Assembly (NCBI GenBank): GCA_963836185.1
Contig: CAWIIQ010000003.1
Span: 288,001-352,000 of the forward strand
Length of the DNA: 64,000 nucleotides
From: Candidatus Krumholzibacteriia bacterium
Lineage (GTDB): Bacteria; Krumholzibacteriota; Krumholzibacteriia; Krumholzibacteriales; Krumholzibacteriaceae
Reading direction: 5' to 3'
Below, one piece after another: positions 22,297 through 33,289 of the stretch. A program made the translations under genes and the position numbers. Under the pieces are notes generated by a model. It was not told where the DNA came from. It worked only from the letters and a program-made list of their open reading frames with translations, and did not search any database. Position 1 is the stretch's first letter, and every line of letters starts with the position of its first letter.

Positions 22297-23313
22297 CTAA
22301 CTGCCGGCCTCGCCCGACATGGCCTCTTTCGCGCTCCGGTCAGCGCGAAACAGCCCCCAGTGCTTCTCGACTTCCGCAGGATTTGTCCCGCCTTTCCAGT
22401 TCTCGTCAAAGGCTTCGAAGAAGAAGACTGTCTGCCGCTCCTCCACCGCCCAGGCGCGGATCGGCCTCGTAGAATAGCCGCTGTTCTGCTTCCCCGGGCT
22501 TCCCCTTGATCAGCTTGCCCTGATCGCCCTCGTCGATAACGGAAGTGGCCCATCCCGTTTCTCCGATCACGACGAGCCGGTCCGGATGCATCTCCTGTAC
22601 GATCTTCAGCTGATCGCGCTGCCAGTCCAGCGCCTCTTCGAGCTGGAGGCCGTTCCACATCGGATGACCGTGCAGCAGTATAAAGTCGATCTCTGAAGAG
22701 AGCTCCCGGCTTTCCGGCTTGTTCCAGTAAGTTGAAATCATCGGCCACCGTCACGGGAACTTCGACACCGTCGCGTACCCGCCTTACATGCCCTTTCACG
22801 ATATCCACGTAATTGACATGTGCCGACCAGTATATCATCGTCTCGTTACCTACGCTCACAGCGGCGACTATCGCGGGGTATTCATTTGCGAGGCGTATTC
22901 CCGCGTCGACTTCCTTCCGGTTCTTCGCCGCTGCTTCATCGAATCGCTCCAGGACCTCGCCCGCTTCATCGCGCTTCTCCTCCGGATCGATCCATACGCC
23001 GAGGATCACCTTTACATCGATGTCATTCTCACGGATCACCTTCAGGAAGGTCTCGGCAAACCCGGAGGCTCCGTAGATACGGATCAGTTTCCAGTGCGGC
23101 AGCATCAGGCGCAGGTCCTCGAGGAGCTCTTCCGCCGACGGCTGAACTGCATAGGGGCGCTGGCCGTCCCGATGAGGCCCGTAACATACCGCGTTGTATA
23201 TCCGTTTCCCGTCCACGACCGGATCGAAGGGCCGGACCTTGAAAGATCTCCGCATGACATGACGGAAACGAGCACTATCAGGGCCAGGATCATCATACTG
23301 GTAAAAGGCGCAT
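22297..23313 (-). CDS. GH17 beta-1,3-glucanase/glucosidase, probable lipoprotein; frameshifted
   Basis: AVCYGP, IRIYG, LGVW, acid/base VSVGNE, PVTVADD, nucleophile IGETGW and FEAFDExWK...EKHWG across frames; lipobox-like VMSC. Confidence 0.85.
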
Positions 23314-23511
23314 GAAAAACCACTCCTTCTCGATTACTGAATGTGACAGCTTGAGCTGGAGACGATCGTTACCGGATAATATTGTCCTGTCTGCGAAAAG
23401 ACTTCAAGACATCAAATTCCCGGACCGGTTTCCCATGGTGGACGGCTCTGGAACAAACCACTATAATTGCCGGGAATCTGTATTTTTAAACGGGATCAGG
23501 GAGCAAACCGC

Positions 23512-25011
23512 ATGTACAGGATCATTTTATCATTGTTGATTGCAGGCCTGTCTGTCGGCGTGTGCGGGGCAAAAGCCGGTGGAGGAAGAGATGCGGGCCA
23601 GGATAATCCAGACCTCGCGGGCCGGTGACAGGTTAAAACAACTGGAACCCCGTACATTTTCGAAAATAGAATCCGGCAACAAAACAGGGATAGAACTCGA
23701 TCCCGGTGTCACATACCAGGAGATCGTCGGTTTTGGAGGATCCTTTACGGAGGCCTCCGCCCATGTGCTCAGCCTGTTGAGTGCGGAGAAACGCCAGGCT
23801 GTGATCGACGCCTATTTCAGCTCTCCGGCTCTGCCTACTCCCTGACAAGGACCCATATCAACAGCTGTGACTTCTCCCTGGATCACTATGCCTATGTCGA
23901 ACGAGGGGACCTCGAGCTGGAGACTTTCTCCGTCGAACACTGACATGAAGGTTCTGATACCCCTGATCAAGGGACGCGATGGCCGCGGACGGCGCCGACT
24001 TCAGGATCATCGCGTCACCATGGACCGCGCCGGACTGGATGAAGGACAATGACAGCTGGTACGGGGGGTCGCTCAGGCCCGGCCTGGAACCGGTATGGGC
24101 CCGGTATTTCAGCATGTACCTCCAGGCTTACAGGGAGCAGGGGATCGAGATATGGGGCATTACTCCTGAGAACGAGCCTCTCGGCAACGATGGCAACTGG
24201 GACAGCATGCACTTCACTCCCGAAAGCATGCGCGACTTTATCCGTGATCACCTCGGGCCCCGGCTCAGGCAGGACGGCTGGGATACAAGGATCCTGATCT
24301 TCGACCAGAACCGTGACCATGTCGAGGAATGGGCAGAGGTGATCCTCGGTGATCCGGAAGCTGCGAAATACGTATGGGGCACCGCGGTCCACTGGTACAG
24401 CAGCACGGTGGACTGGTATCCCGACGCACTGGGCAGGGTACACGAACGTTACCCGGACAAGCATATTCTGCACTCGGAAGGGTGCATCGATACCCAGGTC
24501 CCGGTCTGGCAGGATGATGACTGGTACTGGCGCAGGGAAGCAAAGGACTGGGGTTTCACATGGGCCCCTGAAGACAAGAAGGCCGATCACCCCATATACG
24601 TCCCGGTCTATCGTTATGCCCGCGACATCATCGGCGGCCTGAACAGCTGGATGACCGGCTGGATAGACTGGAATATCGTGCTGGATACGCAGGGCGGGCC
24701 GAACCTCGCTCAAAACTGGTGTGTAGCGCCGGTCATCGCCGATCCCGAAACGGACGAGGTCTACTTTACGCCCCTCTATTACACGCTTGCCCATTTCAGC
24801 AGGTACATACGGCCCGGAGCCAGGCGGATCGAGGTCAGAGTCTCACCTGCCGGCGCTCATGGCGACAGCCTGCGTCAATCCTGACGGCCAGATCGTACTG
24901 GTCCTGCTGAACCAGCAGGAGGAGGAGCTGGAATTTCCGCTCCGGCTCGGAGAGCTGGAAACGGTGATCTCCATCCCGGGGGAATCGATCCAGACGATAC
25001 TGATCGACTGA
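23512..25011 (+). CDS. GH30 glycoside hydrolase (GH30_1-like, candidate beta-1,6 debranching), lipoprotein; frameshifted
   Basis: YQEIVGFGGSFTE, RTHINSCDFS, ASPWTAPDWMK, ITPENEP, HWY, HSEGC, WIDWNIVLDTQGGPN and HFSRYIRPGA. Confidence 0.88.
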
Positions 25012-25035
25012 CCACACTGATAAAAGGAGAACAGG

Positions 25036-27234
25036 ATGAATATCGAAGACAGGCTCTCTGTCAAAGAAAAGATCGGTTACGGGTTCGGGGATACCGCCTC
25101 CAATCTTTACTTCCAGATGTTCATCAATTTTCTCCTCTTCTTCTATACTGACGTCTTCGGGATCCCGGCCGCCGTGGCGGGAACCCTCTTCATGGTCTCG
25201 CGATTCTGGGACGCGGTAAACGATCCGCTTGATGGGGATAATCGCCGACAGGACAAATACGAAGTGGGGGAAATTCCGGCCTTACCTCTTGTGGATGATG
25301 CTCCCGATGGCCGTCACCGGTGTTCTGGCATTTACGACACCCGACCTCGGCCTGCAGGGCAAGATCATCTATGCCTTTATCACCTATATCCTCGTGATGA
25401 TGGCATATACTGCGATCAATATTCCTTACTCCGCGCTGCTGGGGGTCCTTTCGCCCCATTCAAGGGAGAGGACGAGCGCCTCGACCTATCGATTCGTGCT
25501 GGCATTCGCCGGAGCTTTCATAATACAGGGCGCTACTTTGCCGCTCGTGAATTCCCTCGGGCACCAGGACCAGGGGGTCTCGTTGTCGGGCGGTATCGTC
25601 ACAATAGAAGAAGTCGACACGCGGACATCCAAGATCATAGTCGAAGCTGGCGATGGCCAGAACAAGACATCCCGGGAATTCCTGGTCAAGATCAACAGGG
25701 AGGGTGAGGGCCCCCCGGTTGTTCATAATCCTGCCGGAGAGATCGTCCTGGAGCAGGGATTCGCAGCGAGGCGGATCGCCCTGGGCGACATATTCAGCAG
25801 CCCTTTCGGGGACAGGCTGCTCTATGAAGCATCAAGCAGCGAGACCGGTGTCGTCGAGATGGCCGTAGAATCGGAATCGGTCCTGATCCTCAGGGAGACA
25901 GGGCCGGGGATCTCCAGGATCACCCTGACGGCATCCGACGAACACCATGGAAGCAGGGACCACTCGTTCACCGTCAGGATCAATGAGGCGGGGAACGGTC
26001 CGCCGGTCCTGGCAGAAGAGATTCCCGACGTGACGCACGATCCGGAATCCGGAACGGCATACAGTAGACCTCTCGGAATACTTTACCGACCCGGACGGGG
26101 ACCAGCTCAGCTTCAGCGCGTCATCCGGGGACAACGCGGTGGTTTCGGCCGATATCGAGCGGCAACGGGGCGGTCCTTGATATCAGAAAGGCCGGCATCT
26201 CGGAAATCACCGTAACGGCGACCGACGGCAGGGGAGGCTCGGCGACAGGTTCCTTCCTCGTCAAGGTCGAGTCGGGGGAGAACGATCCTCCGGCAATCGA
26301 TCAGCTCCTTCGACAATGTTGAGCTGAACGAGGGATTCGGCGAGTACGTGATGGATCTCTCTGGAGCGTTCATCGATCCGGAGGGAGAGGATCTGACATT
26401 CTCCGTCAGGAAAGTAGATGTCGCGAAAGGGTTCCAGTATACGCTCGTCATATACGGGGTGCTCGCATGTATCCTTTTCTACCTGACATTCGCTCTTACG
26501 AAAGAACGTGTTCAGCCATCGAAGGACCAGCAGACATCGCTCAAGAAGGATCTGGGAAACCTCGTGCGGAACAGGCCCTGGATGATCCTTCTCGTGATGA
26601 GCATGTTCACTCTCGGGTACATAATAGTCCGTATGGGCACGATCCTTTATTACTTCAAGTATTACATCGAAAACGAACTGCTCGCTTCCCTCTTCATGGT
26701 AACGGGGACCGTCGCCGTCATCGCCGGCGTGGCCTGCACCGCTTTTCTTTCCAGGAAGCTGGGCAAGAAGAGGCTCTACCTGATCGTCATGGGCCTGGCG
26801 AGCCTCTTTACGCATGGTCTTCTACCATATACCGAAGGACCAGATAGCCCTCGTCTTCGCGGTGCAATATAATCATCTCGTTCGTGATGGCCCCGCAGGC
26901 GCCTCTCCTCTGGGCGATGTACGCCGACACCGTCGATTATTCGGAATGGAAGTTCGGGCGAAGGGCCACGGGCCTGATCTTTTCCGCGGCGACATTCTCG
27001 CAGAAGTTCGGGATGGCGCTTGGCGGCGGACTGGCAGGCTGGCTGCTGGCCAGGTTCAATTTCCAGCCGAACGTGACCCAGAGTGCCGAGACGCTGACGG
27101 GAATAAAGCTGATGATGAGCTACATCCCCGTGGCGGGAACGGTAATAGCGATCATTGCCGCTCTCTTCTACGAGCTGGACGACAAGACGATGGAAAAGAT
27201 CGAGAAGGAGCTCGCCGAGAGGAAGGCGAACTGA
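25036..27234 (+). CDS. GPH family (MelB/XynT-like) MFS sugar symporter with a ~285 aa Ig/cadherin-like insertion; frameshifted
   Basis: KEKIGYGFGD, WDAVNDP, DRTNTKWGKFRPY, NIPYSAL, TKERV and MYADTVDYSEWKFGRRATG. The insertion spans about 25560-26420. Confidence 0.9.
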
Positions 27235-27239
27235 GCCTC

Positions 27240-28085
27240 TTATCTGTCGGGCCTGTACACCCGGACCCAGTCGATAAGCATCGTCTGCGGGAAGACGGTG
27301 GTCTCGTCAGGCGGCCCGACGTAGTTGCCGCCGACGGCGACGTTGAGGATGATGAAGAACTTGTGGTCGAAGACCCAGCTGCCCCTGGCTGTGACGCTTG
27401 TCTTCGTGAGGTTGAAATATTCCTTGTCGTCGACGTACCAGACTATCCGGTCCTCTGTCCACTCGATGCCGAAGACATGAAAATCGTCGTTGAAGCTGCC
27501 GCCGAGCAGGTACTGGCGGTAGAGGGCGTCGCCGCCCGAATAGCCGGGACCGTGAACCGCCCCTGATACTATGCTCGGAGACTGTCCCCGGTATTCCATG
27601 ATGTCGATCTCGCCGCAATCGGGCCAGCCCACCGTGCCGATGTCCGCGCCGAGAAGCCAGAAGGCCGGCCAGATCCCCTGGCCTATCGGAAGCTTGATGC
27701 TCGCTTCGAACCTGCCTCCCCCCTGCTCGAAGAGACCCTGCGTCTTGATCCGCCCCGAGGTGTAGTCGCGGGTCTCATACCTTTCCTCAATGGCGATTAT
27801 CCTGAGGTTGCCGTTCCCGTCGAGGGAGACGTTCTCCGGCCTGTCGGTGTCGTACTCGAGCTGATCGTTTCCCCACCCGTTTGTTCCGGTTCCGATGTCG
27901 TATGTCCAGTTCGCCGGATCGGGAAGCTGACCTTCCGGTCCCTCGAATTCGTCTTCCCAGGCGAGCACGTACGTCCAGTCGTCCTCAGTGTCGTCGCTGC
28001 ATCCGGGCAGTACCGTCAGCAATACGATGACGACGGTCAGGAGGGTGAAAATCCTGCCAGAGTATTTATTCCACGTGCGCTTCAT
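27240..28085 (-). CDS. GH16 laminarinase lipoprotein
   Basis: Lipobox LPGC; GWGNDQLEY, YTSGRI, WPAFWLLG, WPDCGEIDIME, NVAVGG and IDWVRVY. Confidence 0.92.
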   Translation of the reverse strand: MKRTWNKYSGRIFTLLTVVIVLLTVLPGCSDDTEDDWTYVLAWEDEFEGPEGQLPDPANWTYDIGTGTNGWGNDQLEYDTDRPENVSLDGNGNLRIIAIEERYETRDYTSGRIKTQGLFEQGGGRFEASIKLPIGQGIWPAFWLLGADIGTVGWPDCGEIDIMEYRGQSPSIVSGAVHGPGYSGGDALYRQYLLGGSFNDDFHVFGIEWTEDRIVWYVDDKEYFNLTKTSVTARGSWVFDHKFFIILNVAVGGNYVGPPDETTVFPQTMLIDWVRVYRPDR

Positions 28086-28114
28086 GTTTCTCTCTGCCTG
28101 TGCTGCCCGCCGGT

Positions 28115-29523
28115 CTACTCTTCAGGTGGTACCTTGTAGAAATAGATATTGTCGGCAAATATCGTGATATCCGATCCCGTGAGGTACATCTGAGCCAGCG
28201 CCGATCTCCCGGTCAGGCCTCCGGGGACCATGTAATCCTCGAGGGGGATGTCGAGGCTTGACCAGCTGCCCGGTGTCAGGGGCGGGGTCGAGCCGAGCGA
28301 GATGTAGATCTCCTTTTCGGAGTCGTCGCCGCCGAGGTACTCTTTGTCCGGCCCGTAATCGATCAGCTTGATCCCGACCACGGACACGCCCGTGGGTATC
28401 CAGAGGTCGAGATGCAGGTAGTCCATCTCCGTCGCGTCGATGACGTATGTCTCGGTGATGATCCCCGCGTAAGTCACATTCGTGTAGAGCAGGACGTTGT
28501 CGCCGTCGATCTGGAAGTCCGTGAGATCCGCGCCGTCCCATTCGGGCGAGTACGAGTCCACGGGCCAGTCGGAATAGACGTCGCTGAACACCGATATCAC
28601 GTCACCGGAGGGCTCTGTCGGCTCATCCGCCGGCACCACCGGGGCGGCGAGGGCCGTGAAATCTATATCGCCGTCGGCGGGGACCGTTCCGAGCGCCGCC
28701 GTGAGTATGGCGGTTCCGGTGCTGAGGGGCTGGGCCATGCCGTCGACCACCTCCACCACGTCGTCGTCCGAGGAGAAGAAGGTGAAGTAGGCGGGCATCG
28801 AGCTGACCAGCATATCGGTCCCGACGACATCGAATGTCACTGTCGTGCCGGGTATCGGGACAGATGCCCCGAGGTAGGCGCTTAACTCGGGATATCTGAA
28901 GCACGGGCCTCGGATTCTCGATAAGATCCGTTTTCTCGAACATGATGTCGTCGAACCAGATCGTATATCCCGCGTTGTCCTCGTGCCCTTCCGAGAAGAA
29001 GAACAGGCCGCCCTCGAGGGCCAGCTTGGAAGGCTCAGGAATGGGAATGATATACTTGTCCCAGGAGTTGGATATTCCCAGGTTGTACACTGTCGCCGTG
29101 TATATCGAGTTCCCCGAGTTGTCGTTTGCTATACCTATCTCGTTTATCGTCGCCGAAGCCTTGCTGCAGCGCGCCCAGAACGTCAGGGCGTCGTAACCCG
29201 TCAGGTCGCGCCCGTAACCGTCGACGCAGGTGCCGCCGGCGTACCAGTTCGCGTCCGGCGTGGCATCTTCCGGGCCGGGGATGGTGACTTTCAGAGACGC
29301 CGTCCCGTTATACTTGACCTGAAGGATCGACCTCCGTGGCGTCGTACTTGCTGTTCAGGAACGCCTGGTAGTCGACTCCGGGTGCGAAATTGTCCGTGAA
29401 CACCAGCGGGTCCGTGTTGGCGGATGCCGGTACGAAGCCGCTTTCGTCACGGCTGCAGGCTGAGACCATCAGCGTTGCTGTGACAGCCACGGCTGTGAAA
29501 AGGATCCTCTTCGTAATCATCAT
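28115..29523 (-). CDS. Lipoprotein with CBM-like and Ig-like domains (putative surface glucan-binding protein); frameshifted
   Basis: Lipobox VSAC; RDLTGYDALTFW, IWFDDI, VISVFSDVY, IDATEMDYLHLDLW and IFADNIYFYK; no catalytic motif seen. Confidence 0.65.
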
Positions 29524-29681
29524 GCGCCTCCATTGATATCAGGAGCTTATATCCCTCTACGGGACAGGTGATGTATTCGGTATTCCATAACAACTATCAA
29601 TTAACCAGTGATTCCCTTGTAATATATGACTATTCATAAGTTCCGGTCAATGCGGGTTTATACCTAAGTACCCTTTCATAC

Positions 29682-30628
29682 TTACCAGCACAGGAGGTCC
29701 CGGCCGCCGGCGGTGAATTCTTCCCAGAACTCCTCCAGCCTCCGGCGGTCCTCAGGTTCGAGTGAGCAGCCTGAAGCTTCAATATTGCTCCTGAGATGCT
29801 CCATTGCGCGTATGCCGGGTATTACGGTGCCTATCTCCTCATATGATAGCAGATATGCTATCGCCTTGTGCGACAATTCCGAGCCGTCGGCGGTCAGCCA
29901 GCCCAGCTGTGAGACGAGCTCCGCCCGCCTGGCGATATCCTCTTCGCTCCAGCGCCCTCTGACACCCTCGAACCTGCTGTCTTTATTATACTTGCCGGTC
30001 AGCCAGCCGCTGTCGAAAGGGATCTTGGCTATGGTCCCGGCACCCTTTTCCCGTACTGTCGGAAAGGCTCTCCTGACATCCTGGTGGAGTATGTTGAAGA
30101 ATATCTCGAGTACTTCGGAGCCGGTATTTCTCAGGCAGGCCTCGGCTTCGGAGGCGAAATCGAGGCTCGCGCCGTAGTGACGGATCCTTCCATCCTTCCG
30201 GGCCCCTTCAAGGGCGTCCCATATCGGGTCTGTACCCTCATACATCTCCGCGGGCGGGTTATGGAGGAGCAGGACGTCGAGATAATCCGTCCTGAGCCTT
30301 TCGAGGCTCGCGTCGAGGCCCTCGTTGAACCTCCCGGCCGAGAAATCCTTCGGCCCGTCGGGCCGGTGGCCGAACTTGCTGACCAGCACGACATCGCCGC
30401 GCCTGCCATGAAGGGCCTCCCCGAGTATCCTCTCGCTTTCGCCCCCTCCATAGTTGGGGGCCGTATCGAAGAGGTTGATCCCGGCCTCGAGGGCCGCGTG
30501 GACCAGCCTGAATCGCTGTCTTCTTCGTCCATCCCCTCCCAGGAGTCATCGTTTCCGATCTGCCATCCCCCGAACGAGATCTCTGATACCGACAGTCCCG
30601 TATTTCCCAGTTTTCTCTTATTCATCAT
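29682..30628 (-). CDS. Aldo/keto reductase; frameshifted
   Basis: RKLGNTGLSVSEISFG, FDTAPNYG, SLERLRTDYLDVLLLH and VIPG. Confidence 0.9.
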
Positions 30629-30631
30629 GAT

Positions 30632-31619
30632 CTACTCCATCGGGTATCTCAGTCCCCAGTGCTTCCGTATCCTGTCCATTATACGCATCACGGCAAGGCT
30701 GTCATCGAGGGGCATGAGCTTCGATTCCGTCTTTCCCGCCCGGATAAGATCCATGATCTCCTCCGCCTGGTAGATGAAGCCGTTCTCGAGGCGCGGGAGG
30801 TCGATCGTCCTTTCGCCGGCCCTTTGTGACGTACGACGATCCTCTCCGATTTCCACCACCCCCGGGGTATCCATATCGAACCTTCGGTGCCGAGGATAAA
30901 GGCCTCCTGCGGAGATTCCAGCCGCAGGGCCATCGTCAGGAGGGCCTGCGCCCCGGATTCGTATCCGAGAAGAGCGGTCGATTCCTCATCCACCCCTGTC
31001 TCGCCGAAGTGGGCCATGCCGGACACGGTCGCCGGCTCTCCGAGGAGATAGTACGCGAGAGATACAGGATATACACCGACATCGAGAAGGGCTCCGCCGC
31101 CGAGAGCGGGATCGAAGAGACGGCTCTTCGGATCGAACTCGGCCCTGAACCCGAAGTCGGCCGTGATCTTCCTTATCTCACCGATCTCGCCCCCTTCGAT
31201 CAGGTCGCGCACCTTCAGCATGGAGGGCATGAAGCGCATCCACATCGCCTCCATCAGGGCGAGGCCTTTCTCGGGTGCGCGCGGCGGCGATCATCTCCTC
31301 AGCCTCTGCCGCGTTGATCGCGAACGGTTTCTCGCAGAGCACATGCCTGCCTGCCTCGAGGCAGAGTATCGTGTCGTCCCTGTGGCGGGAGTGGGGTGTT
31401 CCTATATATACGGCGTCTACTTCGTCGTCGCCGGCCAGTTCCTCATAGCTGCCGTGCGCCCGGGCGAACCCGAACTCGGAGGCGAACCGTTCTGCCCTCT
31501 CGAGGCTTCGCGAGCCGACAGCCGAGAGTTCCGCGCCCTCGGACTCCTGCAGGGCCGCGGCGAATTTTCCCGCGATCCGCCCGGGCCCGAGGATCCCCCA
31601 TCTGATCTTTCTCTTTCAT
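30632..31619 (-). CDS. Gfo/Idh/MocA family oxidoreductase; frameshifted
   Basis: WGILGPGRIA, VYIGTPHS, HVLCEKP, MEAMWMRF and GGGALLDVGVY. Confidence 0.88.
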
Positions 31620-31631
31620 CTATATCCTTTA

Positions 31632-32545
31632 TCAGGGTACGTCGGTCCCCTTCGAGGCGCGGAGGATACTGAACCAGTCCTCGCGGGGGAGTTCGATACT
31701 CTGTCGCCTCAACGGCGCGCTTCATCCTCTCCGGGCAGTGGGTCCCGATGACCGGGACGATTCCGGCGGGATGCCTGAGGAGCCAGGCCAGGGCGAGGAT
31801 GTCGATCGATCCGATCCCGAGCCGGCCGCAGATCAGATTCGAGTTCCAGCGCGGACCCTTGTGACCTGTTCCGAGACTTCGGTGAAAAGCTCTCCGCCCC
31901 CGAGCGGGCTCCATGCCATCGGGGATATCCCGCGAACTGCGCAGCTATCGAGGGTGCCGTCGTCGAACGGCTCGGTGTGAAGGACCGAGATCTCGACCTG
32001 GTTCGTGACCAGTGGAAAGGAGAGTTTCGACTGAAGCATCTCGAACTGGGAGGCGTTGAAATTCGATACGCCGAAGAAAAGCACCTTCCCCGATTCCCGC
32101 AGCTCCGTGAATGCTTCGGCGACCTCGCCCGGGTCCATCAGGGGGTCGGGGCGGTGAATCAGGAGAAGGTCGATGTAATCGGTCCTCAGCCTCTCGAGAG
32201 AGTTCTCGACAGACTTCAGGATGTGCTCGCGGGAAGTGTCGTAATGTTTGACCGTGACATCCCGGGTTGTTCTCCGAGACGAGCTGGATCCCGCATTTCG
32301 TTACGAGCTGGATCTTCGGCCTGATGGAAGGATCCGCGGCAAGCGCTTCTCCGAATATCTTCTCGCAGGTGTAATCGCCGTAGATGTCCGCGTGATCGAA
32401 GGTGGTGACGCCCAAGTTCGATCAGCACCCTCGATCCATTCGCAGCAGATCGGATGTCGAAAGGTCCCCAGCCGCTGAGCCTCCAGAGGCCGGCCGCGAT
32501 GCGGGAGACCTCGGGCCCGTTTTCATGAAGTCTGACTCTGTTCAT
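31632..32545 (-). CDS. Aldo/keto reductase (YdhF-like); frameshifted
   Basis: GVTTFDHADIYGDY, TKCGI, DLLLIHRPDP, GVSNF, NQVEIS, WSPLGGG and WLLRHPA. Confidence 0.88.
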
Positions 32546-32869
32546 CGTTCGGCTCCCGGGGACAGGGTATAGATAGTATCAGAATCTTATTGTGCCCGAT
32601 TCGGGCCGTGTGAATCAAGGGGCATGTATTCTTTGATTCCTGCCGGTAATCGGATAGAATCCAGTGACCGTCAACCACTTGTAAAAAGGAAATGATAATT
32701 AAGATAAACAGAACAGCCGGACCGTACATGCTGCTTCCAGAAGGTCGAGCTCAACGGCGATACTGCTAGATCGCAGCTACCTGCTCCACAGCGAGCTGGC
32801 CGCCGGCGGAGAGCTCCATTTCCACCTCGGGGACCGGCTCCCCTGATATCCCCTGCCTTCGGCCTCCTT

Positions 32870-32997
32870 TCCGGAGGGAGGAACTTGAGCGCGACGGTTC
32901 GGTTGAGTTTTATGTCCGCCGCCAGGTAGACGACGCCCATCCCGCCCCTGCCGATCTTCTCGACGATCCTGTAGTGTGATATTGTTTTTCCGATCAT
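32870..32997 (-). pseudogene. N-terminal remnant of a Hanks-type Ser/Thr kinase
   Basis: [42 protein letters not shown] (subdomains I-II); similarity then stops, and no HRD/DFG motif was seen before the next gene. Confidence 0.75.
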
Positions 32998-33095
32998 GGT
33001 AGTCCCCGTGCCGCATTGAGAGACCTGTATTCATTATACACGGTGAAAATTCCATATGAATATTATTAAATCGCCATAGACTGGTGACAGCCCCG

Positions 33096-33183
33096 CCGTT
33101 CGGCCCCCGTATAGTGCCTTTCACCCATGAAATTCGACCGTCCGCTGTTTTGAGGTTGTGGCAACCCCCTAGCACAGTACAAT
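33096..33183 (+). promoter_or_regulatory. Three LytTR-like direct repeats plus promoter
   Basis: CCGTTCGG (33096), CCTTTCAC (33117) and CCGTCCGC (33138) at an exact 21 bp period, followed by TTGTGG-16-TACAAT. Confidence 0.55.
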
Positions 33184-33289
33184 TTACCCTGTCTGATAAC
33201 GGGGCTGATAAACGAATAAGACATCTTTGCATTTTCAAATATGGCGCGGCCCGTCGGAGGGCCGCTGAAGTGTACGGAAGGAATATCGA

